Shown here piece by piece: positions 62,270-64,000 of a DNA stretch of 64,000 nt (position 1 is its first letter; each line of letters opens with the position of its first letter). The stretch comes from the human T2T-CHM13v2.0 reference genome, Homo sapiens: the NCBI RefSeq assembly GCF_009914755.1, contig NC_060937.1. One strand, written 5' to 3'. Position numbers and translations under genes: made by a program. The notes beneath the pieces were generated by a model. That model was not told the origin of the DNA, ran no database searches, and was given only the letters and a program-made list of their open reading frames with translations.

Positions 62270-63805
62270 ACAGTGTGTGGAAGGTAAAATTTTTGTCTTT
62301 GCATGTTTGAAAATTCCTGCTTTCACACTTATTTAATAGTTTCGCTTGGTAAAGAACTTGAGTGTGAAAAATAATTTTCACTCAGAATTTTGAAGGCGTT
62401 TCTCCCCTGGATTTTAGCACCCAATATTGTCATTAGAACTCCAGAATGATTCTGATTACTTATCCTTTAAGTAGTTTTAGCTTCTCATCTCTAAAGGCTC
62501 TTTATTCTGGATGTTCTGAAAGTTCATGATGAAATGTCTGGGACCTGGAACTCTTTCATTTATTGTGTTGGGCACTTGGGGCCTTCATTTAAAGAGTGTT
62601 GAATAGAAAAATTGTCTATATACCTTGAGAGTAATTTCTCTCCCTCTCTCCCTCTCTTTCACTTTATTCTCTGGAACGCCTATTGGTTGTATGTGGAATC
62701 TTCTTGATCGAGTTGCTGATTTTCTTATTTCTCACCTGTTCCCTATCTCTGTATATTTTTGTTCTGCTTTCTGGGAGATTTCCTGGCTTTATTTTCCATC
62801 TCTTCTATAGATTTAAAAATAACTTCTCACATTTTTAACTTCTGATCTCTTCTTTGATCTCTGAATTTCTATTTTTACAGCAATTTCTCTTCTGTTTCTT
62901 TAAAGTTTTCTTCTGTTCCTTTCCTTGAAATTGTGTTTTAGAGTTTTGAATGTCTTTTATATGCATTTTTTGGGGGCTTTGGTCTCTTGCATGTTGAAGG
63001 ATTTATCAAATAACCTGGTGCTTCTTGGCTGTCTAATAATACACAGAGGGAGGTGCTAAACAGCTGTTTGCAAGCTCTGTGTGCAAGAGTGGGTTTGCTG
63101 TGGGGTTATTGGGCAGTAACTGTGTTTTCTTTGGAGTGCTCAAATATCAATATAATTAGTTTCTTCTGTGGGATAGTTTCAGTTTTTCAGAAAAGATATC
63201 CTAGCCGTATGAGTCTGGCTTTTGGTGCTCTAGGGGCTGGGGAGCAGAAGAGGGCACTGGGCTTCTCAGTAGTTCTGTATGTAGACTTCCAATTAGGCCT
63301 CCTGCCTCAGTCCTCTACTGTATGAGATGTCTCTGAGTCTGGAGTGGCTCAGGTTCAGTCCCTCAAAAGAGTAAACATCTGGTCTCCTTGGAGGTGAGCA
63401 TAAGGGGAATTGCCTAACCACACAGACTGGGAACAGGGACTTGAGAGTCCAACTGCCCCTTGAAAAGGCTTTTATACCCATCCTGGTATTTGGACCGCAA
63501 GTATACTCTGAAATCTGTTACTTCTGAGTTATGACACTTTAGCTCCAAAGGGTAGATTACACAGCTTCTTGTTATTATTGCCCTCTGAAGGTATTTAAAT
63601 TTCACCTTTTTCTTTGCTAAATCAGTCACCACTTCTTAATTCACTCTGTCTTCCAAAATTTTGTTTGCATCTCTTGCACTCTGCCGCCTCTCTTCCCACT
63701 CTCTTCATCATTGGGAGTGCATACTAGTTTTATTAATTTACTATTTAGTGACATTTCAGGAGAGAGAGAAGATAAACATGTGTTTGATCTGCCATGTTTA
63801 ACCCT
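62270..63805 (-). mobile_element. HAL1 / old L1M 5' region
   Basis: T-rich antisense ORF1-like text (ttctgaaagttcatgatgaaatgtctgg, ttctgctttctgggagatttcc), ending atgtgtttgatctgccatgtttaacc. Confidence 0.65.
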
Positions 63806-64000
63806 AATTGAATTAAAAATGAAACAACCACAAACTGGGCCTCTTTGTCTTATGAGCTGCTAGTTTGTGATATCAGGTCTAAATTAATCTTGTGTTGACT
63901 AAAGCTTATCTCTGATAAACATGATTCTAGGCAAGTAACACAAATTTGAGTCCAGAGCTTTTGATATTCTTGAATATTTATTTATATGGGTTGTTCGCCT

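Overview
Primate (human-like) genomic DNA, AT-rich and dominated by interspersed repeats; not prokaryotic. The only protein-coding sequence I can support is the 3' end of TDRD3 on the + strand. It comprises a long intron entering from the left, the last coding exon (19193-19318; [38 protein letters not shown], carrying the exon-junction-complex-binding motif), a ~6 kb intron starting 9 nt after the stop, and a short non-coding terminal exon (~25281/25284-25546) with AATAAA. The remaining ~38 kb looks intergenic. Repeats include a two-LTR THE1 element with TSD, about 25 Alus, L1 fragments (one twin-primed, one 5'UTR-ORF2 fusion), an LTR cluster at 34.9-42 kb, DNA transposon fossils, and MIR/L2/L3. 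The supplied ORF track is essentially all spurious and misses the real exon. I found no convincing undescribed biological system. The best leads are splicing/NMD hypotheses around the TDRD3 3' end, a few motif clusters and several structural oddities. Repeat subfamily names come from recalled consensus sequences and need RepeatMasker/Dfam confirmation.
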